64,000 nucleotides of DNA from assembly GCF_028641065.1 (NCBI RefSeq), contig NC_073392.1, positions 29,698,001 through 29,762,000 of the forward strand, read 5' to 3'. The number at the start of each line of letters is the position of its first letter. Positions within the stretch are counted from its first letter, which is position 1. This DNA comes from Leucoraja erinacea. Lineage: Eukaryota. Shown piece by piece: positions 11,160 to 23,663 of this stretch. The notes under the pieces were generated by a model. It was not told the DNA's origin. It made no database searches and saw only the letters and a program-made list of their open reading frames with translations. The position numbers and the translations under genes were made by a program.

Positions 11160-12706
11160 CAGGTGCACAACCTTTTATCCGAAGATCCAAATAACGAAAA
11201 CCTCCGAATAGCGACATTTTTTCAGTCCTTGAAGAAAGGTCCTTGAAAACGTTCACCGAGGGCGGCCCGCAGAGGTGACAGCGGAACCTCCGGTCGGTCC
11301 TCGAAGAAAGGGGAACTAAATCCCCATTCATAAAAGAGAAGGTGAGGGTATATTGCGCGGGAGGGTTAATAATTGACAATATGCTGCTGCCTGCCCGCTG
11401 AGTTACAAAGTTCCCACGGTAGACTCACGATACACAGTGTATCGTGAGTCTTGCGTGGGAATTTTTTAACTCAGCGGGCAGGCAGCAGCAAATTGTCGCT
11501 CCCTTCAGTTTCACCCCACCTACACCCCTCTGCTTCCCGGCCATGTGTGTGACTCCTTACCTCCCCTCTCCATCTCCCTGCCCATTGCACCGGCGCGGGG
11601 GCTTTGCACTGTCTTCACGTTGGAGCCAGTGCCAGTCACCGGAGACGTCAGGACCAACGGGACACCGGCCCCCAGGCCCACTGCAAGCACGGAGATCCCA
11701 GAGACCCACAGCCAGCAGCAGCCCAGCCCCGTTCCAATTCCAGAGGAACACGCTCCCCGTAGGGACCGAAGCTGATGGTGTGAAAGGTGCGTCTTGGTCT
11801 TGAGGTTGCGGATGAGGGGGCGTCTCCGGCCACCCCCTGTACAGGAGCTGAGACTGGGAACTGTGGGGTTGTTTGCAGTTGCAGAGGGAGGGGGCAAGGG
11901 CGGTACAGTTCCCAGTCTCAGCTCCATTCCAGGGGGGTGACCGGAGACGTCAGGACCAACGGGACACCGACTGCAAGCACTGAGATCCCAGAGACTCACA
12001 GCCAGCAGCAACTCTAGCCCAGCCCCGCTCCAACTCCAGAGGAACCCGGGTTGCGGATGAGGGGGCGCAGCTCGGGCTGTGGGCGAACTGCCACTTGTCG
12101 CTGTAGCGGCCCATCGGGGAGCGGGTTCCTGTTGGTCCTGACGTCTCCGGCCATCCCCCTGGACAGGAGCTGAGAGACGTCAGGACCACCAGAAGCCGCT
12201 CCCCGATGGGCCACTACAGCGACAAGTGGGAGTTTGCCCACAGCCCGAGCTGCGCCCCCTCATCGGGACATCGACCCCCAGGCCCACTGCAAGCACGGAG
12301 ATCCCAGAGACTCACAGCCAGCAACAACTCTAGCCCAGCCCCGCTCCAACTCCAGAGGAACCCGGGTTGCGGATGAAGGGGCGCACTCGGGCTGTGGGCG
12401 AACTGCCACTTGTCGCCGTAGCGGCCCATCGGGGAGCGGGTTCCTCTGGAGTTGGAGGGACAGGGAGACACAGCGGCTTTTGAGAATGGTGGGCAATCAC
12501 TTCCAAAGTTCTGCCCACACAGTCAGTACACCTCTCCTACACTTGTCTCCCGCACTAAGATCACCTTGCGGATACGAGCCGAGCACTCTACCACTGAGCC
12601 AGCCGTTAAAATCTACGCTAAAAATCTTCCATTCCGAAAGCCGAAAAATTCTGAATTACGAAAAGTGTCTGGTCCCAAGGCTTTTGGATAAAAGGTTGTG
12701 CACCTG
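11160..12706. mobile_element. Non-autonomous Tc1/mariner-superfamily (Tigger/pogo-like) TIR element with GC-rich repetitive, palindromic interior
   Basis: Perfect 21-bp TIR CAGGTGCACAACCTTTTATCC, TA on both sides, no transposase ORF. Confidence 0.85.
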
Positions 12707-12867
12707 TACTTATTTTGTACATTTTACATTTGTACAAATATTTTTGAAATTATTGGATCAATGGTTTCTTGCATTAATATAGTGGTTTTAATGTAGAGAA
12801 TGTTTAATTGCACTATTTTTAACTACCGGTAGTTTTATTCAGAAAGTGGGAACCAATTCAAAGCCTA

Positions 12868-13293
12868 AGATAGACACAAAAAGCTGGAGTAAGTCAGCGG
12901 ATCAGACAGCATCTCTGGAGAAAAGGAATAGGTGACGTATAGGGTCGAGACCCTTCTTCAGAGTTAAGGGAAAGGAGATATAGACAGTGATTCAGAGAGA
13001 TATAGAACAAATGAATGAAAGATAGGCAAAAATGTAACAATAATAAAGGAAACAGACCATTGTTAGCTGTGTGCTATGTGAAAATGAGCACAGACAATGA
13101 GACTCAACAAGATGACTTTGAAGCAGGTACACCTTGGGTGGGGGAGGGATGGAGAGAGAGAGAGAGGATGCAAGGGTTACTTGAAGTTGGATAAATCAAT
13201 ACTCATAGAACTTTGCTTTAAGCTGCCCAAACGAAATATGAGATGTTGTTCCTGAAATTTGTTTGGCCTCACTCTGACAATGGAGGAGGCCTA
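12868..13293 (-). mobile_element. Penelope-like retroelement 3' end (GIY-YIG endonuclease C-terminus plus pLTR)
   Basis: Minus strand reads GLLHCQSEAK / EQHLIFRLGSLKQSSMSIDLSNFK*, followed by a UTR with CTGAAGAAGGGTCTCGACCCtatACGTCACC (degenerate hammerhead). Confidence 0.8.
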
Positions 13294-14412
13294 ACACTTC
13301 TAGAACGTAGAACATTGTGGAACAATCAAAAGCCCTTCGGCCACAGTGTCTGGCAAGCTTGCTGCCAAATTGATCTCTCTCTTCCGATAATCCATTCTCT
13401 GCATATCCATGTGTTTATCTAAAAGATGCTTAAATACCATAATCTGCATCCACCACCACCACCCTGTCTGTGTGTTCCTGGCATCCACCAGGCAGCATTT
13501 TGGTAAATCTCTTCTGCGCCTTCTTCAAAGTCTCCACATGTTTCCTGTAATGGGGCGACCAGAATTGCGCACAATACTCTTATTTTGGCCTCACCAAAGT
13601 TTTATAAATCTGCAATGTGACTTCCTGACTATTATACTCAAAGCACTCATTTGGTACCTCACCTACACCCTCTGACTCCAAGTATAACTTGAGCAGTCTT
13701 ACCTTTCCACTATTTCACCTTGTTTTAAATGTACATATAAATGTTACTTGTTAATTTTGTGGCCTATTTTAGTCCTTCAAATTGCATGCTTGAGTTCTTC
13801 GTACCTGCATTATGTTTCTCAAGTTCCCTGTTTGACTAATCTTTCTAAAACTTTGCTTCCTTTTACCTTTTGACCAAATTTAGAACCTCCCTGGTCATCC
13901 AAGGTTATCTTATCTTGCCATCTTACCCCCTCTTCCTTACAGGAACATGCCACCCTGATCAGTAGTATTTAAATGACTCCCACGTGTCTGATATGGACTT
14001 GCCAAATGACATCTGCTCCTAATTTACTCCTTTCCTTCTGCTTAATAACGTTGTAATCTGCCTTACCCCATATAGTACTTATCCCAAATGTTCAGACTTG
14101 TCCTTATTCATAACTATCTTAAAACGTATAGCATTATGATCATTGTTCCCAAAATGCTCTTCTGCTTGTTCACGTGATTCGGAGATTGAACAACATTGCT
14201 GTTGTATTCTTAATGAATGATGGGTAGGCTATGGCTTTGCACTTTCAAATTTTGGTGAAGTTTTTCCATTTTTGGATTTATGCCAGAGAAATGCTGCAAG
14301 AAATTAGTGGTTTCATCCTTTTCAAAATAGGTGGACATGGGAAATTGTAAAATTATCAACTGACTTTTTTTTTACATTGGACAACTTTTTAGAATTTGAG
14401 TTTCTTTTGCAG

Positions 14413-14467
14413 GGAGTGGAGGTCAGAATGGTGGCACTCCGGATGGATCCTCAAACTTTGCTCGTTG
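14413..14467 (+). CDS. TCTA: TCTA coding exon 2
   Basis: AG/GT-bounded 55-nt exon encoding (G)SGGQNGGTPDGSSNFAR(W); phases match exons 1 and 3. Confidence 0.95.
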
Positions 14468-15705
14468 GTATGTTTCTATATTTCTATTTGAATAAGTTCT
14501 GAGAACTGCAGAATAGCGCACTTAATAAAAGTCATGATTTAGATGGAAACCTTTTTAGTAAGTTTAGTTGATTCCATTTTGATATGTCTAATATACTGCT
14601 ACCAGTCCCAGCCTAGTCACTTTTTTTTGTTCAGGCACATGAAATAGGTCGATTAACTGAATTTCTGTAAATGCTTGTGTACTTGAACTTGGTCAAAAAG
14701 AGATTTGTCTGAATGAAGATTTAAGTATTTTGAGGAATTAAAATCCCCTCTGCATTCTATTGATTACTGCAAAACAACCATGAATGTGATAGCTGGTTGT
14801 TTTTGTGTGCCTGCCTGATCCAGCCTGTGATTCTGTTAAAAATCCACCGTTTCTCTTTCTCTCTACAATAATCCAATAAGCTGACCATAGACCAGAGGCT
14901 GAACCAGCTAGTTTCCTCAGTTGCCTTAACTCGGGCGTTAGAAAGGTCCATTCTTTTTAACAGGAAAATGTTAGCAGATAGGTTTACAGCAGGATATAGT
15001 TCAACTGGGGGGAAAAAAGGCAAGGGAATAGCAGATGGAATATAACTTGGCCAAGTGCAAAGTGCAGCATTTTATGAAATTAATTTGGGGCAGAACATAA
15101 ATGAATGGCAGGGCCCTGAAAACTAATTTTGAACAGTGTGCTTGGAGTACACATGCATAGTTCCTGAACATGGCCACGCAGGTAGCCAGAATGACAAAGA
15201 AAGTATATGGCACACTCTTACCTTCATTGCCCGAGGCATTGAGAACAGGAATTAAGACATCATATTACAGTTTTACAAATGTTTAGGCTGCACTTGGCAT
15301 ATAGTGTACAATTCAGGTTGTCGCACTACAAGAACGATGTGATTAAGTTAGAGAGAGTGCAGAAAATATAAGAATGTTGAATCCAGGAACTGCAGGTACT
15401 GGTTTACACAATAGGACACAAAGTGTTGGAGCAACTCTGCAGGTCAGGCAGCATCTCTAGAAAACATGGATAGGTGATGTTTCTGGTTGGGACCCTTCAG
15501 ACAGAAGAAGTATCCCGCTTTGTGGGAGGAAACCGGAGCCTCCGGAGAGGTATTGAATTAATGCAGGAAGTGAGATTGGTACAGATGGGCTTGATGGCTG
15601 GCAAAGACGTGGTGTGTCAAAGGGCCAGTTTCTATGCTATACGTCTTTGAGATAATTAAACCATTATGTGCTGCAGCAATTTCTGATCATGGTAATTTTG
15701 AGACG

Positions 15706-18075
15706 AAAGTCAAAAACAAGAAGGATGCATGGGACAGGTATAGGCAGCTGGGATTAACTGCATCCCTGGAGGAGTTTCGGGATCTAAGGAGCAAATTAAT
15801 AAAAAAGGAAATCAGAAGGGTAAAAAGGGGCCAGGAGATAGCTCTGGTGGATAGCATAAAAGACAATCCCAAAAGATTTTATAAATACATAAGGGGGAAA
15901 AGAGTAACGAGAGAGAGAGAGAGTGGGACCTCTCAGGAATAAAAGTAGTCACCTCTGTGTGGAGCCACAGGAGATGGGCAAGGTCCTCAATGAGTATTTC
16001 TCCTATGTATTTACCAAGTAGAAAGACAGTAGGATGGTGGAAATTGGAGCAGTCACTGGAAGTGGCATGATAGCAGTCAGGGTTACCGTCGAGGAAGTCC
16101 TGAAGGTACTGTTGTGTTTGAAGGTAGACAAATCTCCGGGGCCTAATCCGATATATCCGAGGACATTGCGGGAAACTAGAGAGGAAATTGCGGGAGCCCT
16201 GGTTGAAATTTATGAGTCATCCTTAAATACAGGAGATATGCCAGAGGATTGGAGGGTGGCAAATGTTGTGCCTCTTTTCAAGAAGGGCTGCAGGGAAAAT
16301 GCTAGGAACTATAGGCCGGTGAGCTTAACATCTGTAGTTGGTAAGTTGCTGGAGAGTATTCTGAGAGATAGGATATACAGGCATTTGGCTGGGCAAGGGC
16401 TGATTAGGGACAGTCAGCATGGTTTTGTACGTTGGAGGTTCTGTCTCACAAATCTGATTGATTTTTTTGAAGATGTGAGCTAAAAGGTTCATGAGGGCAG
16501 AGCTGTAGATGTTGTGTACATAGATTTTAGTAAGGCGTTCGACAAGGTGGCACATCTTAGGCTGCTCTGGAAGGTTATATCTCATGGGATTCAAGGAGAG
16601 ATAGATGAATGGATAGCAAATTGGCTCCTTGGAAGGAAGCAGAGGAAGGGGAATGGGGAATGGAGGTTGTGACTTGTGGTGTGCCACAGGGTTCGGTGCT
16701 TGGCCCATTACTGTTTGTCATCTACATCAACGATTTGGATGAGAACATACAGGGCAAGATTAGCAAGTTTGCTGATGATACAAAAGTTATGGTTTTGCAG
16801 ATAGTGAAGAAGGTTGTGAACGATTGCAGCAGGATCTAGATCGATTGGCCAGGTGGGCGGAGGAATGGATGATGGAATTTAATACAGAGGAGTGCGAGGT
16901 GTTGCATTTTGGAATGTCGAACAAGGGAGGGACCTACACAGTAAATGGTAAGCCTCTGGGTAGTGTTGTAGAGCAGAGGGATCTAGGAGTACAAGTGCAT
17001 GGTTCCTTGAAGGTCGAGTCGCAGGTAGATAAGGTGGTCACTTTTGGCACTTTGGCCTTGATCAGTCAAAATATTGAGTATAGAAGTTAGGAGGTCAAGT
17101 TGCAATTGTATAAGACGTTGGTGAGGCCACGTTTAGAATATTGTATTCAGTTCTGGGAACCATGTTATAGGAAAGATATTGTCAAGCTTGAAAGGGTTCA
17201 GAAAAGATTTACGAGGATGTTGCCAGGACTAGAGGGTGTGAGCTTATGGGAGAGGTTAAGTAGTCTGGGACTCTATTCCATGGAGCGTAGGAAGATGAGG
17301 GGAGATCTAACAGAGGTATACAAAATCATGAGAGGAACAGATCGGGTGGATGCACAGTCTTTTACCCAGGGTTTCAGGTCCAATGGGGGGGAGAGTTCCC
17401 TCCGCCATGGGTACCATGTAATCCTGTGCTACCTGCTCCACGGTCTCATAGTCAGCGACTAAACCCTCTCACCCACCTGGTTTGCTAGGTGAGGAGGGGG
17501 CTGTAGACCCCCAGTAGGACCAAAAACAAGACCTGTCAAAGGGCGGATGAGCTTCTAGGGAGCCAACAGCCATCCGCACGTCAGTAGAAGTTGCGATCAC
17601 TGTCGTACATAGCATTGTAAGGAATGATGACAAAGCACACACATCAAAATCCTATACTTCCAGCGGTGGAAGTCTGCAGGAATTGGAGGACAGAGATGTG
17701 TGGTGCGTCTGTCACCAATCCCGTCGCTAATGTTTTCAACGATGATGAATGCATTTACCCAGAGTAGGGGAATCGAGGACCCAGAGGACATAGGTTCAAG
17801 GTGAAGGGGAAAAGATTTAATAGGAATCTGAGGGGTAACCTTTTCACACAGAAGGTGGTGGGTTCATGGAACAAGCTGCCAGAGGAGGTAGTTGAGGCTG
17901 GGACTGTCCCATCGTTTAAGAAACAGTTGGAGAGGTACATGGATAGGACGGGTCTGGAGGGCTATGGAGCAAGCGCAGGCAAGTGGGACTAGGGTAGCGG
18001 GGACATTGTTTGCCGATGTGGACGAGTTGGGCCGAAGGGACTGTTTCCACACTGTTCACTCTATGACTCTATGGT
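15706..18075 (+). mobile_element. CR1 LINE, 5'-truncated, disrupted reverse transcriptase ORF2
   Basis: [39 protein letters not shown] and LYKTLVRP motifs across frameshifts; tail (CTATGACT)n; interrupted at 17370-17753. Confidence 0.93.
17370..17753 (+). mobile_element. ~385-bp insertion with TSD, probably a non-autonomous RTE/RTEX-type retroposon
   Basis: TTTACCCAG duplicated at 17361-17369 and 17754-17762; 3' end reads ELEDRDVW followed by a GATGATGA tail. Confidence 0.6.
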
Positions 18076-18535
18076 ACTCCTTTGCATTTTCATGATAGCA
18101 AAAGTAGCCTTGTGACCCATATCTCCAATCTCCAAATACCCACTTCCTGTCAATCATTAAACCAGCATAGATTTGCAATCAAAACTGATCTTTGTCCTCT
18201 TTTATGATGAGGCTTTTCACTAGATAGTAGTGTAACAATGACTTGTTTAATCCTTGGTATGTGGTAAATTAGTTGGTTCAGATGGTGAGACTGCTAGCAA
18301 TTGGCTGTAATACCATTCAGCTCAATGGGAGAGAAAACTGGTTGTGACTTCCATTCCTCGTCACCCTTTTAAAATGTATCAGCAAATTAGATGGGAGACT
18401 GTGCCATGAGTTGTATTCAAGGAAAAGTTATTACCAGAGGTTTAACAATGAGGCCTAATGTATTTCATATCACTTTGTGTATGTGACAAATGATACCAGC
18501 TTTGATTCCTAAAATGTCTTTATCTGTTCCTACAG

Positions 18536-18578
18536 GGAAAATGCCGGTGGCGAGTCATTTAAAAGTCACAAAGAGTGA
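18536..18578 (+). CDS. TCTA: TCTA coding exon 3 (to stop)
   Basis: CAG acceptor then (W)ENAGGESFKSHKE*; total CDS 309 nt = 102 aa. Confidence 0.93.
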
Positions 18579-20733
18579 GTGGCGAAGATGTGTGAACTCT
18601 GTAGCCGAGGCATGCACTAGTTTTCTGTATGGAGTAAAGATGGTGTGAACCTGCAGCTCTTTGGGTGCTAGGCTCGTCAAAGTTAAAGTATTGTGGCCTG
18701 TTGACTTGAAATGTGCCATTTGTGATTCAATGCCATAAATGTGCTTTTCTTTTGTAATATTCCTAGGCTTAGCTGAGTTGACACTTGTATCAGGGAAAAT
18801 TTGCATTGGAACATGTATTGGTTTAAATAGAACCAATACTGCAAAATGTTGATCTTGAACAGTGAATTGACATTATCCGTTAAGAGTTAGATACAAGAAG
18901 GAATAAGTGTAACTGTAAGCCTGACAATGAATATTCAAAAAGAACAAATTAATTCAGTGGAGTGTTGCCCAAGTCACTATTGATCTGCAACACTTATCAA
19001 AAGGTACACTAATCAAGATTTGGTAATATCGAGGAACACTGATCAGTTATCCTTTTGGTTATATATTTGTACTTTAAGACTGCTAAACTATTCCAAACCA
19101 GCAATAGAATGGTTTGAGAGGGTTTATCTGAGAGAGATATCGTTAAAAATTCACGTAAAATAGAGCAGTTTAAAATTTTAACAATCAATAAGCTATTGAA
19201 TTTTGACCTTTATATCTGAATCTAAACTTGTGTACAAGAATGATTTGATAAAGTTGAACTGAAATTTACACGATATTGTCTTGACATCAGAGTTCAAAAC
19301 AATGTCAAATATTACTGAATGAATCTGTTACCTCAGTCTACCTGTAACAAAACTGTTCCCTCACTGGGAGCAACTTTTAACTCTCTTATAATGTCCTTTG
19401 TGAAGTTGGACAGGCAACCTAATGAGGGATCTGCAGCGTAAATTTCAATGTTCTAATGAGTTAAAGAGGAAACAGGATCTTTATTTCGCAGACTGTCATT
19501 ATTAAGTTGCACAATATTGGTAACCAAACATTGTCATGGAAGTATAGAGATAAGTTTCTCTGAGTGATTATTTTTCTCCCTTCGCCCTGCCCCCCGCCCC
19601 CCCCTCCTTCCCCCACTAGAAATAAATAAAATTCTTAACATCAACCATACTGTTAGGTGAGAGATTTTCCTTGGAAATTGAGAACCCATTAGGTGCCCGG
19701 TGTCCTTGTTTTTCCACTGCCGTTTACATTTAGACAGATGATTAAAGTGTGTCCATGAGCCCTATCTGAAGCAGATGGGAGGCTACTTTAAAGTTTGGAT
19801 GTCTGGCCTGTGTTGAAATCTTGTTTGTAACATGAAGTGGGTGGAACATACTTCAAACACAGGTTTATTTCTCCAGCCTCTGAGACTTAATTAGTTGGGA
19901 GTTGTTTGGTTTATTATAATTTGAACTGTGAGGAAAGGAGGCGGAGGAGTAGAAATGCCGTGGTGGTCTGTTGAAGTGATGAAACCTGTAATGGGATTTG
20001 CTGTGAGTCGGATGATTCCCCGTCCAAGGAATAATAACTGAAATGGACCCTCTGTCATTTCAGCATGAGGTGATATGAATCAACCGAGGAGATTTGCATT
20101 ATGAACAATATTCTACAAGTTTAGGAGAAGGGTACTGTGTGCCATGAAAGTAGCATTCAGTTAAGAGTCTGGACTATTGGAAGACGGCAGTTTTTCACAG
20201 CTCTGCTCTCAGTGAATAATGAGAATCCATGTTAAAATTACGTTTCCATTATACTAAAAACCACAGGGTCATATTTGTTGAGTTAAGCATTGATGGATGA
20301 TGATCTATTAATTGTTTAATGAAACTCAGTGGGGTTAGTGACATGGATAAGTTGCTGGATTTGTCCTGAGTTGTCACACCTTTCTCCCCGTTTCCTCAAA
20401 ACAGCTGTAATGCAAACTGTGATATAAAATGCTGTTCATGCAACAATATAACAGACCTTGCACCACGATGCACCAGTTCCATTCAATTTAATGACTGGGG
20501 AAAACAATACATGGGAGCATATCATTTAACATTTATATCAAAACGAATTCCTGAAGAAAAATTTAAATTTCCATGCCTATAGAAACTAAAAACTTGTATT
20601 GAGAGAAGATGTAGAAATATATTAAGAAATGTAACTATTTATGAAGGCCTGCTGAAATTGGTTCAATTTTGAAGTGTAAATTAAATTATTTGTTTACACT
20701 TTGCTGGAAAAACACAGTGAGATTTAACGGACA

Positions 20734-21363
20734 CAGGTCCACCACTGATTTTCCGGCATACTTGGTTCCAGAGCCATGCCAGATTATCCTTTTTGCTGGA
20801 CCAACAGTAGGCAATACAATAATTTTATAAAACACCTCAGACCCACTAATCATACCCCTCCTATGTCTCTAAAGCACCATGGACTGCTAGAATCCTAAAT
20901 AAAACAAATCATAAATGTAAATTAAATTTACAGCGAAACGTGCATTTCTTGAACAGACAGCTTGGGCATCGGTTAAAGAGTTGGCCCCGGAGGGCCTGAT
21001 GAGGGTCGGATTGACGGCTGCCCACGGGGCCGGGGCACCGCTTTCCCGCTGGCGCGCAGCCCGCAGAGGACAGAAACGCAAGCCCAGGTCGAGATCGGCG
21101 GCTTCATCCAGTCTAGGTGCCACATTTTCGGGGGTACTTCTGAATGCCCATTCCTCTGAGTTGGCAGAGCCACTGGCAAATTGCACTGAGTCCAGCTGCG
21201 AAGATCCCGATGAGGTCGAGATCAGCTGCCTCAACTGGCTTAGACACCACATTTCCGGGGGGGGGGGAACTTCTGGGGGGAATTTAAAGTGCACTCTCTT
21301 AATTTTGTTCGGATTAAAGAAGGTGCTAGAGCATCAGTTGCTGGCAAATCGGTGGTGTACCTG
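20734..21363. mobile_element. Non-autonomous TIR DNA transposon (Tigger-like), older copy
   Basis: Imperfect ~25-bp TIRs: CAGGTCCACCACTGATTTTCCGGCA versus right end CAGGTACACCACCGATTTGCCAGCA; TA on the right flank; GC-rich interior. Confidence 0.65.
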
Positions 21364-22062
21364 TACTATATATTTTTATTTTATGGGACGTGGCTTGACA
21401 GTGTGATCTTGCACCTTCCCACCCAACCCACATGTCAAAAACATCTGGATTGAGTGCAGCTGGAATATTAATGATATTATTTGCACTAGGAAGATCAAAT
21501 TAGAAATGTGATTGAGTGTTCCCATCTTAATTGCAAACACAAAAAGTGTAATATCCATTGATGGGATGGGTCGGAATAATATTAAGCTGAATGTTCAATT
21601 CCAAAAACAGTTATCACTGGCCTTGCTTTGGCTGTTGTGCCTTCATTAAGAATAGAATGTAGGTTTCGTGTTGGTTACTAAAATGTGCCACAATCCAGAG
21701 TCTCATTATTTCCTTACCCATAAAAGAGATGCTTCGCTTGATATAGTCCAGTTTTTTGTTAAGTGGTACGGTTGCAGCACATGTGTGGCAACCGTTCAAA
21801 GCAAGCTTTTATCTCGAATTCTATGGCTCCAATTGTCATCCATTGAATAACTAAATGAAAATACTGCCAACTATACACCCCTAACCCATGTCCTAGCAAT
21901 GGGGTTTGCTGGGGAAAGGGAATTCTTTATTTTGCACTAACATGAAACTATTTTCTCTCTGTTATGTTCCCCTATATTGGTTTTCTTTAAAAAATCTTAT
22001 TTTATTCTTGCCTAGGTCAATTCTTTTGTGTTTACTCCCTCATAATTCATCATTGTCCCGCA

Positions 22063-22343
22063 GGGGACAGCACAGTAGTGTAGAGTTGCTGCCTTACAGC
22101 ACCAGAGACCCGAGTTTGATCCTGACCACCAGTGTTGTACGGAGTTTGCATGTTCTCCGTTACTGCGTGGGTTGTCCAGTTTTCACCCACACTCCAATAA
22201 TGTGCAGGTTTGTAGGTTAATTGGCTTCTGTAAATTGTCCCTTGTGCGTAGGATAGAACTAGTGTACGGGGTGATCACTGGTCGGCGCGGACTCGTTGGG
22301 CCGAAAGGCCTGTTTACACACTATATCTCTAAATTAAACTCTA
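22063..22343 (+). mobile_element. tRNA-derived SINE (HE1/V-SINE type)
   Basis: Head GTAGAGTTGCTGCCTTACAGCACCAGAGACCCGAGTTTGATCC, SINE core, CR1-like tail. Confidence 0.85.
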
Positions 22344-23359
22344 ATTGGGTAGTAGAAAATATATCGAGCTTAGAAATATTGAGCGGAGATATAACACATT
22401 TATATTGTCCAGGGACCTCCAATAGCAATCGCAAGCTTAACTTTATTATCTATTCTATATCCTACGCCAGCACTTTCCTGGTTGCTCTTAGCTCCAGCTT
22501 GTATTTTCTGCAGCCATCTAGCCTTATCCTTGGGTTATTCTTGATCTGTAGTGCACAGTTTTACCAAGTAATTGTTTGTATTCTGCTCCCACAGGAAAGA
22601 GTCCCAGCAGCACTACTCCAAGGACATTTTGTGATATATCTTCACCCCTTTATTTCTGCTGTTGCTTGCGGAGCATAACACGAGAGAAAGAGGTTTCAGG
22701 CTTTTGCCAAAGCTTCTGTTGAACTGGCTAGTTGAAAAGGCAGTTGTTCATGGAGACACATTTCTTCCTAGTTTTTTTGTGTGTATTCTGCGGAGGGAAG
22801 TACATAACCAGTATAACGGAACCAAGATCAGTTCAATACTGCGTATAAAGTCCCACCATTTTGTGCGTGTGTCTCTGAAGGGATGGGTGTACTGGGCATC
22901 TTCCCAATCCACCATCATCCCCTCAAACATGATGCAGTAGGTGCAGTTAATACTATCAAAATGGCTGAAATAAAAGTGTAGACTGTAACCTTTTTACCAT
23001 TGCAATGTTTTGTTGTATTTTGCAGGAATGCAGTCTGCTTTTTGTTGCACAGTGGGTTTTTGTTCTGTACCATTGTTACCCATTATATTGTAGTGAAAAT
23101 GTTGGAACTCTGGATTTGAAATGCAGTATGCCAAATATTAGTCCTGAAATAACAGATGCTAAGCTCATAATACTGAAGTGATGTATATTCTACTGAAACG
23201 CCCTTTTTCTAAAATAAATGTTTTGTATGTAAACAATACATTTTGTAAATCACTGTGATCCAGAAATTGGATAACCTTTGTAAACTTGTTCCCCGAATGT
23301 TAATTAACTTATATATTTATGTTTGGACATGTAAAGGTTTCCCTGATGCTGTATATTAG

Positions 23360-23371
23360 AAATAAAACTGC

Positions 23372-23405
<34 letters not shown>

Positions 23406-23617
23406 TACATTTAGCTTACTTTTTTGGGGGGGAAGACAATTTGATTATGTTTTAAATATATAAAAAACAGTTGCAGAAACACGCTGTTGTTTGTATTGGT
23501 ATTTTCATTGCTGAAAACCATCTTTTAAATACTGAATCATAACCAGTCTACAAAACTACATTTTGTTGTAATCTGCTCAAATAAATATTTAAAGAAAAAC
23601 AAACTGGTATAAATAAA
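23360..23617 (+). terminator. Cluster of AATAAA polyadenylation signals, candidate distal TCTA 3' end
   Basis: AATAAA at ~23360, ~23580 and ~23611 after an AU-rich UTR-like tract; a proximal AATAAATAAA lies at 19621-19630. Confidence 0.45.
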
Positions 23618-23663
23618 CTGGAAGATCAAATTACTAATTCCTTGTAATGCGTTTTAATATTTA

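Noticed and set aside
11444-12782. Cluster of overlapping ORFs up to 182 aa
   Set aside because: They arise from the GC-rich repetitive interior of a non-autonomous TIR element; no recognisable protein.
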